64,000 nucleotides of DNA from NCBI GenBank assembly GCA_951406725.2, contig OX597821.1:54002001-54066000 (forward strand). Reading direction: 5' to 3'. This document shows, piece after piece, positions 1 to 12,082 of the stretch (the first letter of the stretch is position 1; the number at the start of each line of letters is the position of its first letter). The notes under the pieces were generated by a model. It saw only the letters and a program-made list of their open reading frames with translations. It ran no database searches and had not been told where the DNA came from. The translations under genes and the position numbers were made by a program. Source of the stretch: Octopus vulgaris. Its lineage: Eukaryota.

Positions 1-258
1 TCTTTTGCCAAACTGCTAAGTTATGGGGACATAAACACACCACCATCGATTGGGGGGACAAACATATACACACACATACATATATACATATATACGACTG
101 GCTTCTTTCAGTTTCCATCTACCAAATCCACTCACAAGGCTTTGGTCAGCCTGAGGCTATAGTAGAAGACACTTGCCCAAGGTGCCACACAGTGGGACTG
201 AACTCGGAACCATGTGGTTTGTAAGCAAGCTACTTACCACACAGCCACTCCTGCGCCG
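1..258 (-). mobile_element. tRNA-derived SINE (family A), cut by window edge
   Basis: Reverse complement of the copy at 5178-5602 (GGCGCAGGAGTGGCTGTGTGGTAAG...GGTTCCGAGTTCAGTCCCACTG...GGATTTGGTAGATGGAAACTGAAAGAAGCC). Confidence 0.9.
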
Positions 259-1147
259 CAAGAATATATACCACAAAGAATTCTATCTAACTGTTTGTTC
301 TACCTTTGACATTTCTTTGAAATAATATTTCAATCTCGTTAATTTAATAACGATCATATATAAATCTAATTAAACATAACTTTCCATTTATATGCTAAGC
401 ATAATCCCTCAACACTCCTTACAATTGCATGGGATAAATTATTATTCAGTATTATATATTCTGGACATGACATAATACCAGAAGATTTATACTTCAAACT
501 GTTACTCTTGTCCAACACTTTAGATGCTTCTCTTGCTATCACTAAGCCAATCCCATTATTATTATGCATATACGTATGTTTTATATGTATGTATATGTGT
601 ATATATGTATCTCTATGTGTATCCGACTTAGAGCAGCGTGGAAAAGTGAATTTAAAATGATCATTACGAGGATGCTGATATGTGGGTGTGTCTTTGTATT
701 TATGTCTGTTTGTAAGCATCACATGACAACTGGTGCTAGTTTGTTTATATCATTGTAACTTAGCAGTTCAGCAAAAGAGGCTAACAGAATAAGTAACAGA
801 CTTAAAGAATAAATACTGAGGTCAATTCATTTGACTAAAACCCTTCAAGGTGGTGCCCCAGTATGGCCACAATTCAATGACTGAAGCAAATAAAAGATAA
901 AAGATGTGCTCTTGCACACACACACATAAACACATACGTGTGTGTGTGTATGTATATGTGTGTGTGAATGCAAGTGTGCAAATATTTGCATCATATGACA
1001 GTTATGAATAATTGTCACTATCATGAAAGCAGTGCCATTCATTTCCAATATTCCACAAGAACCTGTCCAAGGGTGGGGGAAATTACCTTGCTTGGAAATG
1101 AGTGAGCAATGGTGACAATAAAGGCATCTGGCTGTAGGAAGTCTATG

Positions 1148-1510
1148 ATCCATTGATGCTAAAGCGACTCCTTTAATTGATTAAGGAAAACATTACATTA
1201 TTGCAAAGAAACCATTTTCATCAAATGACTGGATAGTCTTCAGACACAAAGGACAAACCAACTGCTTTAACATATTCATATCAACCAATGGAGTTCAAAT
1301 ATTTACATTGATTCTAATGCTGTATCTTTGGCAGAATGAGTTTGTAGTGTTGAACCCACTAGAATTTAGAGGTTAGTAGAGGTTGTAGTAGTGGGAGTAA
1401 TAATTGACAGTAGTGACCAAGTTACTTACACCTTGAAAATATTTTCTTTGTATTAATGTAATGTTTGCATTAATCAATTAAAGGAGTCACTTGAAACGGC
1501 CGTAATGAAT
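1148..1510 (+). ncRNA. Decayed hammerhead-like motif with a ~330-nt stem II
   Basis: Inverted arms 1162-1220 and 1434-1492 end exactly at GAAA-CGGCCG-TA (1493-1504). The 5' core is degraded (CATTGATGCTA) and stem I is weak (TCCAT/ATGAA). Confidence 0.4.
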
Positions 1511-1811
1511 TTACACCTGTACATCTTTATTACCTATTTCTATTTCATTCACTTACCCTGGAATCTGCACTTTAGAAATTTTATAGAAAGTATTTTTTGT
1601 ATTTTTATATAAAGTACATGTCTGAACAATCAGGAGTGGATCTCTTCACTAAGTTGGGTCGTGCTATCTGCATACACTGCAAGAATATCAAATACAAACA
1701 CTTCTGCGCAGAGTTTGATATTCGCCTGATATTGTCTGGGTGTGTAAATTAGATCGTCCTAGCAAGGTACCTCAATTTAAGCAACTAATTCAACTGAATC
1801 TTAATTTTATA

Positions 1812-1858
<47 letters not shown>

Positions 1859-2040
1859 GAGAAATTGTACAAAATCTATAAAAGGATGATGAGTAAAGCA
1901 CCAGCAGTTTCGATTACCTGTTGTTATCCATAGAAATATATATATGTATGTATGTATATATATATATATATATATGTGTATTTTTGTATGTTTGTATGTG
2001 TATATATATATATATATAAATTAATAATAATAATAATAAT

Positions 2041-2081
<41 letters not shown>

Positions 2082-2279
2082 AATTTATAAGTATAAATTA
2101 TTAATTTAAATAATTTTTAAAATTTTAACTTTAAATTTAAATAATTTAAATTTTGAATTTTATATTTTATATATTTTTTATTAATTAATTTTATTTCTAT
2201 GTATTGGTTTATGATTTTCACTGTTTGATTTGTCTAACAGTGGTTTTATCTCTAATTATATATATATATATGTATCCAT

Positions 2280-3750
2280 AGGAAGGAAAGAGAAGGTGTG
2301 CAGGTGCAGATATAAGAGTGTAACCATGTTTTGAGATAGGCATAAGGAGGTGGAGGTTAGCAGTGTGCATGTGTTGCTTTTGGACCTGTGATTGTTTGTA
2401 GAAATGTGTAAGTGCAGAAATGGGATTGTGAGGTAGGGAGGTGTTGGTGTGTGTGTGATTGTCTTGAGTGTGCATGAAAGAAGTGTGTAATTGAAAGAGG
2501 AAGGACAGGGTGCATGAATAAAGTAAAAGTGAAGACAGGACAAATGTGGAGGGTGTGATAACAGAGTATGCATGAGTATGGATGTGAAACATAACTGCAT
2601 GGAAGGAAAACTTGAACAAGAAAAGTAATGAAGGGAGAAAACAAGGCATAAAAAGTTATTTTGTTCTGTGAAAGAAAGAAATTAGTAAAACATGTGGAAT
2701 ACATCTGTTTGATTGTAAAGGGTGTACAAACGGTGGGGGTTAATCAAAAGAATATGAAAAAATGAATAAGACAGAAAAGAAGACAAAAGATGTAAATTTA
2801 GGGGAAGAAAAGGTGTGAGAGAAAAACTGGAGAAAAACTTATTACAATATAACACTAATATATCTACTTTAAATAATTACAAGTTCTGTGCTAGAAGAAA
2901 TTAAAAAACTACACAGTAAAACAAGAAAAGTGCAGGAGGTTACAAAACTGGTACTAAGTCTGGGGTAATAGAAATGTCCATAGTATGCTGAGAAACCTAT
3001 TAAAAAGCAAATTAGGTGAGGTATAGAGAGAGGCAAGAGGAATGTGGTAGATGTGTTAGAATCTGAGGTAGATAAACCATTTGTAACAAAAGAGAGATTT
3101 TTTTTTTAATTACACAGCTAGTAGTAAGTCTTCAGAATCCAAAAATGTTGAAGAAATGGTAAATTCCACGGGGAGAAAAATCGATAAAAATCAGCTGAAG
3201 ATAGTTGAGTTGAAGTTTATGGTGTTGGAGAATATGGTACAAACATGTGGTGGAGGAAAAGGGTAGGAAAACAAATCTCTTTTGACAGAAGAGTGAAAAG
3301 GAAGGGAAGGAAGAAACACAGGAAGCAGAAAACAGTGTAACACACATGTTGCCAAGCTCAGTGTGAAACACAGTTGTTAAGCAAAGTGCTAGTAGTGGAA
3401 CGAGGAGGAATATATGTGAGTGAATGAGAATATGTGAGCATAAGTATGTGTATGGGCGACGTGCATTCTTGTGTAAGTGGTTGTGTAAGTGGAGCAGTGT
3501 GTGTGTATAATTTGTGAAACAGAATGTCTAGTAAAGAAGTTTTAGTTAACATTTCTTGTAAGTTTAAGTGATCACAAATCTATTAGGGGCTCCTTCTGCT
3601 CTTTTGGGTGTCTGGTTGATTTGATTGATAGAATAAGGGAATGAGAAGGTGGCATGGAGCTGATCGAGTAGGGAGGAGGACGAGTGGGGGTTGGTGCAGA
3701 TGATGTGATGGGATGGTAAATTATTGTTGTGGATGTAGTGGACACAAATA
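2280..3750. repeat. Purine-skewed degenerate interspersed repeat, possibly PLE-related
   Basis: Strong G/A strand skew and no coherent ORF. It is preceded at 2195-2260 by a tail (TATGTATTGG...AGTGGTTTTATCTCTAATTA) that is also found after the HHR at 44200-44262. Confidence 0.35.
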
Positions 3751-3819
3751 TACATATATGTTTAAGTGCAAGTGTTGGTGAGTATGTGTGTGTGAGTATG
3801 TATATATATACAATATTAT

Positions 3820-4235
3820 AGGTGCAGGTGTGACTGTTTAGTAAGAAGTCTACTTTTCAACTATATGGTTCCTGGTTCAGTCCTACTGCGTGGTACTTTG
3901 GGCAAGTGACTTCTACTATGGTCTTGAGCTGACCAAAGACTTGAGTGGATTTGGTAGATGGAAACTGAAAGAAGCCTATCGGATATTAATATATATGTGT
4001 GTGTGTGGTAAGTGTATGCGTATGTGTGTGTCTCTGTGTCTATGTTTGTCCCCCATTACGCTGCTTGACAACTGGTGGTTGTATGTTAACATCACCATAA
4101 CTTAGCAGTTCAGCAGAACAGAGTGATAGAATAAGTATCAGTTTTTTAAAAAAATAAATAAATAAATAACTGGGGTCAATCCGTTTGTCTAAAAACTTCA
4201 AAGCAGTTCCCTACCACAGAAACAAATAAAAGATA
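3820..4235 (+). mobile_element. SINE family A, diverged copy
   Basis: tRNA-like head, internal TG microsatellite and 3' module, collinear with 5178-5602. Confidence 0.85.
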
Positions 4236-4422
4236 AATGATAAAACACACACACACATATATATATAAATGAACATATATGCACACTCAAAATGGAGGGG
4301 AAAAGTTCAAAACAGTATTTATTTAGAATGTGTAGGTTATTTATGGCTATTACTTCTGGCATCTCAAATCAAGTCACTGAAATTTCACATTACTGATTAT
4401 TACACAGGATTCAATGGCCAAG

Positions 4423-4460
<38 letters not shown>

Positions 4461-5148
4461 CACACACACACATATGCACCTGATTGTGTCTGCTGTTGGA
4501 AGAGAAGGAAAAGTTGCTGCAGTCAGTAAAAAGTGCTTCATACAAAATCATTTGTAATGCTTATAAAATTGACTATTACAAAATGCTAGCTTCTTTTTAC
4601 CAAAGGTGCATCCGAGAATAAAAATAACATAAATGTCTAAGGTACGAAGATGAGAGGATAACATAAAGAAAGAAATGAAGGTAAGATCAGAGTAAAAAAG
4701 AATATTGCAGCTAGCAAACTACTAAATGCACAAGAACATGTCTGCAAGAGAGGATAATATTGAGACAGTTGCAATTGCCTAATTTGGCATGGAATTCTAA
4801 GTATATCCAAATCTTTGGACCAATGGTAAACATAGCAGAGATTTTAGAACAAAACTAGATCAAACTTATATTGTAAATGCTCTACAGTGAAAGTAAGTAG
4901 TCAAAAGGAGGAATTCAAAAGTACTTAATTGTCATCTGATTATCTTGGGAGGGAGACTGTTTCCTACAGGATTTATATATCATTTATCTTTTATTTTTTA
5001 AGTAATTAGACTGTGGGCATGGTGGTGTACCATCTTGATAAATTTTACTCAAGGAAATCAACTCACCTGGTACTTATTCTGTCAGGTTTATTTGCCAAAC
5101 ATGAAATCATGAGTGAAACACCCTAACCACTAGGTCACGTACCCTGAG

Positions 5149-5177
<29 letters not shown>

Positions 5178-5197
<20 letters not shown>

Positions 5198-5602
5198 GGC
5201 GCAGGAGTGGCTGTGTGGTAAGTAGCTTGTTTACCAATCACATGGTTCCGGGTTCAGTCCCACTGTGTGGCACCTTGGGCAAGTGTCTTCTACTATAGCC
5301 TCGGGCCGACCAAAGCCTTGTGAGTGGATTTGGTAGACGGAAACTGAAAGAAGCCTGTCGTATATATGTATATATATATGCGTGTGTGTGTGTTTGTGTG
5401 TCTGTGTTTGTCCCTCTAGCATTGCTTGACAACCGATGCTGTTGTGTTTACGTCCCCGTTACTTAGCGGTTCGGCAAAAGAGACCGATAGAATAAGTACT
5501 GGGCTTACAAAAGAATAAGTCCCGGGGTCGAGTTGCTCGATTAAAGGCGGTGCTCCAGCATGGCCGCAGTCAAATGACTGAAACAAGTAAAAGAGTAAAA
5601 GA
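5178..5602 (+). mobile_element. Full-length tRNA-derived SINE (family A), reference copy
   Basis: Pol III A box TGGCTGTGTGG and B box GGTTCAGTCC, an internal (TA)/(TG) tract, and a 3' module ending in (GTAAAAGA)n. Many further partial copies, e.g. 690-900, 10518-10748, 11906-12066, 13350-13570, 14870-15090, 35070-35210, 40668-40830, 48100-48450, 49445-49602, 61325-61530. Confidence 0.93.
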
Positions 5603-6231
5603 GTATATATTATATTATCTTTTTTATCTTAATAAAATTTATGCAACACTTCCTATCTCTGTCTGTCTCTTTTCTTCCCCTTTTTTGTTTCCTCTCTCTC
5701 TTCTTTTCTTATTCTCTTTATCTCTTCTTCTCTCCCTTTCGTTTTCCTCTCTCATCCTTCCCTCCCCTCCTCTCTCTCTCCCTCACCCTTCTGCCTTTGC
5801 TTTCTCGTAGCTCACATGTGACCATCAGCCATCTTTCTTTTACTAACTTGAATTCCTTTCTTTCTCTCTGATCAGCCACGGGGTTTGGACGCATTTTTTT
5901 CTGTATCCTGTTAGAGCTCATTTCTCCATGTTCACCAACTCAACTCGTCTAGGCTTAGCAGCCCTTCCTGTCTGTTTTCACTGTCTTACTTTTGCTACCA
6001 GCTTTGACCTTCCACAAAATCCCAAATTTTATTTAATTCGATTTGTGGGAGCAACTGCTATGTTAGAAATGTATCTCGTTGTGAAATGCTCGAAATGCGA
6101 AGTAGAAAAACAACCAACAATTGATGAAGGGTCATTTGTTCATGTTGCTTGTTTCTTTTGTAGTTCGCAAAAAATGTTTGTATTCCATGTTTGCATATTT
6201 TGTATTTCATGTTGTTTTTTTGTAGTTCATG

Positions 6232-6267
<36 letters not shown>

Positions 6268-6310
6268 TATATATAAAAATGGGACAAGAACGTAAAAAAC
6301 ACAAAGAGAC

Positions 6311-6344
<34 letters not shown>

Positions 6345-6350
<6 letters not shown>

Positions 6351-7624
6351 CATCCCATAAATAATGAGAATTTTTTAATACTTCTTTTAGTTTTCAAAAT
6401 TAAGATAAACAAAGTTCTTTTTTAAACTAAAATATATTCTTCTTCATTTTCTACAATGCTCTTCCATCTATCTGGTAGACTTGAAAGGCTCCTCTTCCAA
6501 AATTACTTTGTCCATGATGAAAAATACTCCTCTGGTACTGTTTTGATCTCTTCTTGAGAATTCATATTTTTTCCACCCAAATGATTTTGAAGACTGTGGA
6601 ATAAATGATAATCAGATGGGGCAATGTCCAGTGAGTATGGTGGGCGGGGCATCGTTCTCCATTCAAACTACTCTAGCCTTTGGAATGTCATCCTCACTGT
6701 ATATGGCTAAGCATTATCCTGATGGAAAAACCCCTTTTATCTTCAAATCAAAGAAGGTAATTTTTCTTCTAGCACTGACCTACGCCGCTCAAGCTGCTCA
6801 CAGTAGATCTCCTTTGTTATTGTTTGGTTTGAGTTTAAAAGTTCAAAGTGGAATAAGCCTTTCGTATTCCACGAAACTGAAAACAACACCTTACATGGGT
6901 GAAGACCTTCTTTAATCTGGGGTGCCAGTATTTCTCCTTTCCCAGCACACTGTCTTTGGCACTTGACATTTTTATAGAGAACCCATTTCTCATCACCAGT
7001 TGCTGTTTGGTCCCAAAACGTTTCATTCATGAGGCATGACAGTAAAGATGGGCACATATTGACTCTCTGCACACGATTAGACTGGGGAAATTTGTAAAGA
7101 ACCCATTGACCCAACTTTCTGACTTTTCTGATGGCATGCAGGTACCAATGATGGTTGAACGACCAAATCCTAGCTTCTCTACTAGTTCCTCAACAGTTAC
7201 AATGGGATTTTGTTACACAAGGGTTTGCAGGACAGCCTCGTCGAGCTCTACAGATCTTCAGGACAAGGCTCATATTCTAGGCTATAGTTTCTGACTCAGA
7301 ATTTCTGGAACAACTTTTGACACTGGCCTGTGGTTAATGTCTGATTCCTATATATTGCATTAATGTTCTTCACACTTTCTGTTGCATTGTTGCCTTTATT
7401 GAACTCATAAAGCAAAATATGCTCCTTTGTCACTGCTGTTACAGCTTTGAAAAAGTAACTGTTAAAATCGAACTGTACTCTTCAAAAATTGCACTAAGAA
7501 TAAGAACAAGGTAAAATTATTACCTGCTTGTACTGCAAGTTGATGCAGGTAGTTTATCTCATCCCCCTCTGACTTTTTGTTCATGCAATAGAAAAGCCCT
7601 CATTATCTATAAGATGATCCTGTA
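6345..7624 (-). mobile_element. Mariner transposon with pseudogenised transposase
   Basis: TIRs ATCATCCCATAAATAATGAG / CTCATTATCTATAAGATGAT lie in TA tracts. Minus-strand motifs TGDEKWVLYKNVK, HFELL..NQTITKEIYCEQL and APSDYHLF are present with frameshifts. A small fragment of the same element sits at 9372-9440 (+). Confidence 0.92.
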
Positions 7625-7648
7625 TATATATATATATATATATATATT

Positions 7649-8066
7649 CTTTTATTCTTTTATTTTTTCAGACACTTGACTGCAGCCATGCTGGAGCAGC
7701 ACTTTTAGTCGAACAAATCAACCCCAGTACTTATTCCTTGTAAACATAGTACTTCTACCGGTCTCTTTTGCCGAACCACAAAAGTTACAGGGATGTGAAC
7801 ACACCAACATCGGTTGTCAAGCAATAGTGGGGGACAAACACAAAAACCAAAACAAACACACACACACACACACATATACATATATATATATATATATATA
7901 TACGACGGGCTTCTTTCAGTTTCCGTCTACCAAATCCCCTCACAAGGCTTTGGTTGGCCCAAGGCTATAGCTGAAGACACTTGCCCAAGGTGCTACACAC
8001 CGGGACTGAACCTGGAACCATGTGGTTGGTAAGCAAGCTACTTATCACACAGCCACTCTTGCACCT
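7649..8066 (-). mobile_element. SINE family A, full length
   Basis: Reverse complement of 5178-5602. Confidence 0.9.
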
Positions 8067-8118
8067 ATAAATATATATATAAATATATAAGTATATATAT
8101 ATATATATATACACTTAC

Positions 8119-8149
<31 letters not shown>

Positions 8150-8214
8150 AATATACATATATATATGTGTGTGTGTGTGTGTATGTGCATGTGTGTGTGT
8201 GTGGTGGGGTGTTT

Positions 8215-8940
8215 AATAGTATCAGGGTAATAAAGATTTTAGAAAGTTTTACTACCAGTGGCCTAGCGTATAGAAAAATTAAATAGACTATATATTATTC
8301 ATATAAAAACACAATGTAGATTTAAACACATAAGAGGTGTCCATCATAGGACTCCCTTGCGCTAGAAGGAACAGATAAAGTCCAAACTACTAATTAGGGA
8401 TAAAAATTTCGAAGGGAATGAAAAATAAAAACATTTATAATCTATTTCCTGAACTTTTTGTTTAGCAAATAAAAATAATTTGCTAGGCAAAGTCTTCATC
8501 AGCAGGTATGCCAAGTTTAAACATATAAACACGAGGCAAATCCAGTATGTGCCTCTTGCTTATACATTATAATTTTCCAAATCTACCACGCAAGCGCAGT
8601 TTTTTGTTGGCACCAAAAACATGCCTGCAATTTCTTCAAACAATTTTTAGAGAAATCATTATTACCCTATTATTAATTATGTACATACTGGATTTGCCTC
8701 GTGCTTATATGTTTAATCTTGGTGTACCTGCTGATGAAGACTTCGCCTAGCAAATTATTTTATTTGCTAAAAAAGAAGTCTGAAACCATGGTCCAGGAAA
8801 TAGATGGTAAATGTTTTTATTTTTATTCCCTTCAAAATTTTTATCCCTAATTAGTAGTTTGGACTTTAGCAGTTTCAGTCAAGTGTAAGGGAGTCCTATA
8901 TGGACACTTCTTATGTGTTTAAATGTACGCTGTATTTTAT
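8215..8940. mobile_element. Inverted pair of HHR-bearing non-coding units (retrozyme/PLE-repeat-like)
   Basis: 8303-8548 is the reverse complement of 8683-8940. The pair is flanked by TG/TA microsatellites. The right copy has an intact HHR and the left copy has lost the 3' core. Confidence 0.8.
8727..8797 (+). ncRNA. Type I hammerhead ribozyme, intact core
   Basis: CCTG-CTGATGA-AGACTTC...(inner TAGCAAAT/ATTTGCTA hairpin)...GAAGTCT-GAAA-CCATGG-TC-CAGG. Stem I is 4 bp, stem II is 7 bp and stem III is palindromic. Predicted cleavage after GUC at 8793. Confidence 0.88.
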
Positions 8941-8997
8941 ATATATATATATGAAGGTAAGTCATATATATGAAAGTAAGTCACATTTATCATTCCA

Positions 8998-9361
8998 CAT
9001 AAAAAGACCCAGTATGCCCTGTAAAATACAAGGCATTAGGAAGGGCAACAAACCATAGAAACCATGACAAAATATGGTTTCTATGCAATTTATTCACATG
9101 TATGTGTTTGTTGTAATTTGCATCTCACATCTAGTTATTTAAATTTCACATTCCTGATCAACAAACAGAACAAACATATACACTTTATATCCGACTGATG
9201 AACAGGAATGTGAAATTTAAATAACTAGATGTGAGATGCATATTACAACAAACACATACATATGAATAAATTGCATAGAAACCAGATTTTGTCATGGTTT
9301 CTATGGTTTGTTGCCCTTCCTAATGCCTTGTATTTTACAGGGTATACTGGGTCTTTTTATG
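8998..9361. repeat. Long near-perfect inverted repeat (~160-bp arms, ~35-nt spacer)
   Basis: 8998-9160 is the reverse complement of 9196-9361 with few mismatches. Confidence 0.92.
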
Positions 9362-9563
9362 TTACTGGTGTAACAAAATCTCATTGTAACTGTTGAGGAA
9401 CTTGTAGAGAAGCTTGGATTTGGTCGTTCAACCATTCATTGATAAAAATATAAGACATTGCTTTACCATCACTTACCATTCAGGTCACTCACCTTTACTA
9501 GTTTTCTAAATATGGAATCTCTTATTAGAAATCCCCAAACCAGCAAACATTTTGTTAGCAGGG

Positions 9564-9860
9564 AATAGGGTAAAGACCCCCTTCGGTCATGAATGACCAT
9601 GGGATTGCACCTAGAAAGTTACCCTCCTAGACACAAGTCCGGGCAAGGTTGTTTATGGAAGACCAGCAGTCGCCCATGCATACCAGCCTCCCCTCTCCAC
9701 GCCACTAGTGTTATTCAAGGGAAAGACAGAGGTCGATACAGCTTGGCACCAGTGACGTTGCAACTCATTTCTACAGCTGAGTGAACTGGAGCAACGTGAA
9801 ATAAAGTGCTTTGCTCAAGAACACAAAACGCAGCCCGGTCCGGGATTTGAGCTCACAACC
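9564..9860 (-). mobile_element. SINE family B (CORE-like central domain)
   Basis: Minus strand reads GCACTTTATTTCACGTTGCTCCAGTTCACTCAGCTGTAGAAATGAG after a B-box remnant. A second copy with its tRNA head is at 30915-31152. Confidence 0.8.
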
Positions 9861-9962
9861 ATCATTACTAGATGCACAGAGATTTTTAGCAAAGAACAAA
9901 TGTAAAGAAACATACATTCACATACACATAAACGAACAAATAACAACACATACATATATGTG

Positions 9963-10499
9963 GAGCAGGTATGACAGTGTGGTAAGAAGTTTGCTTCTCA
10001 ACCACATGTTCAGTGCCACTGCATGGCACCTTTGGTGAGTGTCTCCTACTATAACGTCAGGCTAACAAAATCCTTGTCAGTGGATTTGATAGACAGAAAC
10101 TAAAAGAAGACTGTAATATACTCTTTTCTCCCTTTACTTGTTTCAGTCATGTGACTGTGGCCATGCTGGAGCACCGCCTTTAGTCGAGTAAATCGACCCC
10201 AGGACTTATTCTTTGTAAGCCTAGTACTTAGAATTCTATCGGTCTCTTTTGCTAAACACACCATCATCGGTTGTCACGCAATATTGGGGAACAAACATAG
10301 ACACACAAACACACACATATATACATATACATATATACGACACGCTTCTTTCAGTTTCCGTCTACTAAATCCACTCACAAGGCTTTGGTCGGCCCGAAGC
10401 TATAGTAGAAGACACTTGCCCAAGATGCCACGCAGTGGGACTGAACCCGGAAACATGTGGTTGATAAGCAAGCTACTTACCACAGAGCCACTCCTGCAC
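9963..10499. mobile_element. Convergent pair of family A SINEs (head at 9963-10110 +, full copy at 10122-10499 -)
   Basis: Both match 5178-5602, in opposite orientations. Confidence 0.85.
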
Positions 10500-11113
10500 C
10501 AATGGATATATGTATATATCTGTGTCTTTTTGTATCTGGGTTTTTCCCCTACCACTTGCTTGTCAACTGGTGCTGGTGTGTTTACGTCCCCATAACTTAG
10601 TGATTCAGCAAAAGAGACTGATAGAATATTTACCAGGCTTAAAAGAAAAAACAAATTAACACCGGGTCAATTCATTCTACTAAAAATTCTTCAAGGTGGT
10701 GCCATAGCATGGCTGTAGTCAAATGGCGGAAACAAGTAAAAGGTAAAAAAATAGACTAAGAAATTCAAATCAATTTTGTATTGTCTGTCTAAATTTTATT
10801 TCATTTGAAAATAAAATTCACCAAAATTGTTTTTATACTGAAGATATTTTTTCAGATTACCTCCACCTTCTAGATATTAGTGCCATAGCATCATTTTCTT
10901 CAAGTTAACTTCCTAAAACATGAAAGTTCATTTGAAAATAAAAAAATTATAAAAAGCAAAATACTAGTTAAGTCTGAATTTTGTATGTACATAGATTATA
11001 GATCACGTGGGCACACATATATATACACAGACACATATTCATATGTATATAAATACATGTATGTATCTCTGTATCACGCTTTCTCTCTATCTATATGTGT
11101 GTTTATGTGTATT

Positions 11114-11146
<33 letters not shown>

Positions 11147-11175
11147 AAATACGTATGTATATATATATGTATATG

Positions 11176-11214
<39 letters not shown>

Positions 11215-11237
11215 ACAAATACGTATGTATATATATA

Positions 11238-11270
<33 letters not shown>

Positions 11271-12082
11271 GTATGAGAAGAAAATGGATATAATAACAAT
11301 GGGAAACTCATGGTCTATGCTGGCATGTATATATATATATATATTTGTAATAAATATACATATGTGTATATATGCATATACATGTGTGTTTGAATATGGC
11401 TGCATGCATAAGCATGCAATTATGTACACTCAGAGAGAGAGAGCAATTCCACTTAGATGAAAGTGTATTAAACCAATTTTAGTAATAACTAATCCATAAG
11501 GACACTAAAACTTTCTTGTTGCTATGGCAACCGTTGTTACAACAATGACCTTTCAATAATTACTTATTGATATACTTAAACTTGCTTTAGTGTCCATAAG
11601 TCACCAAACCAAAATCTATTTTTCCTGACAGCCCACTACTACGATGAGACTTGACAACATAAATACTCATTTTATTGGTTTTTATTGGCCAAGTATTGGC
11701 TTCTGTATTTTGGTATTGTTTGGTTGAAGTTCCATGGAGCATTATGATGGTGGCTACCACCATAATAAGACTGAATACAATCTTAGATGTGTCTTGAATT
11801 TCTTTCTAAATAGAATCTTGTAAAGAGGGACATTAATATACATATAATAAAGGAATGATTTTAAATCTTGGAAATTATTAGTAGTATTATGCATAAAAAA
11901 TGTATAGGCACAGATGTGGCTGTGTGGTAAGCTTGTCTCCCAACCACATGGTTCCAGATTCAGTCTCACTGCATGGCACCTTGGGCAAGTATCTTCTACT
12001 ACAGACTCACACTGACTAAAACCTTGTGAGTGGACTTGGAAGACAAACCCTGGAAGAAGCCCATCATATCTATATAAATATC

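Noticed and set aside
1880-1935. Minus-strand CGAAACTGCTGG as an HHR 3' half
   Set aside because: There is no upstream CTGANGA; the segment is truncated by (TA)n.
6085-6135. CTCGAAATGCG...TTGATGAAGGG as a hammerhead
   Set aside because: I could not find pairing stems consistent with either topology.
10985-11460. ORFs rich in YI/HT/CV repeats (also near 21.9, 36.2, 52.2 and 52.9 kb)
   Set aside because: Translations of (TA)n, (CA)n and (TG)n microsatellites, not genes.
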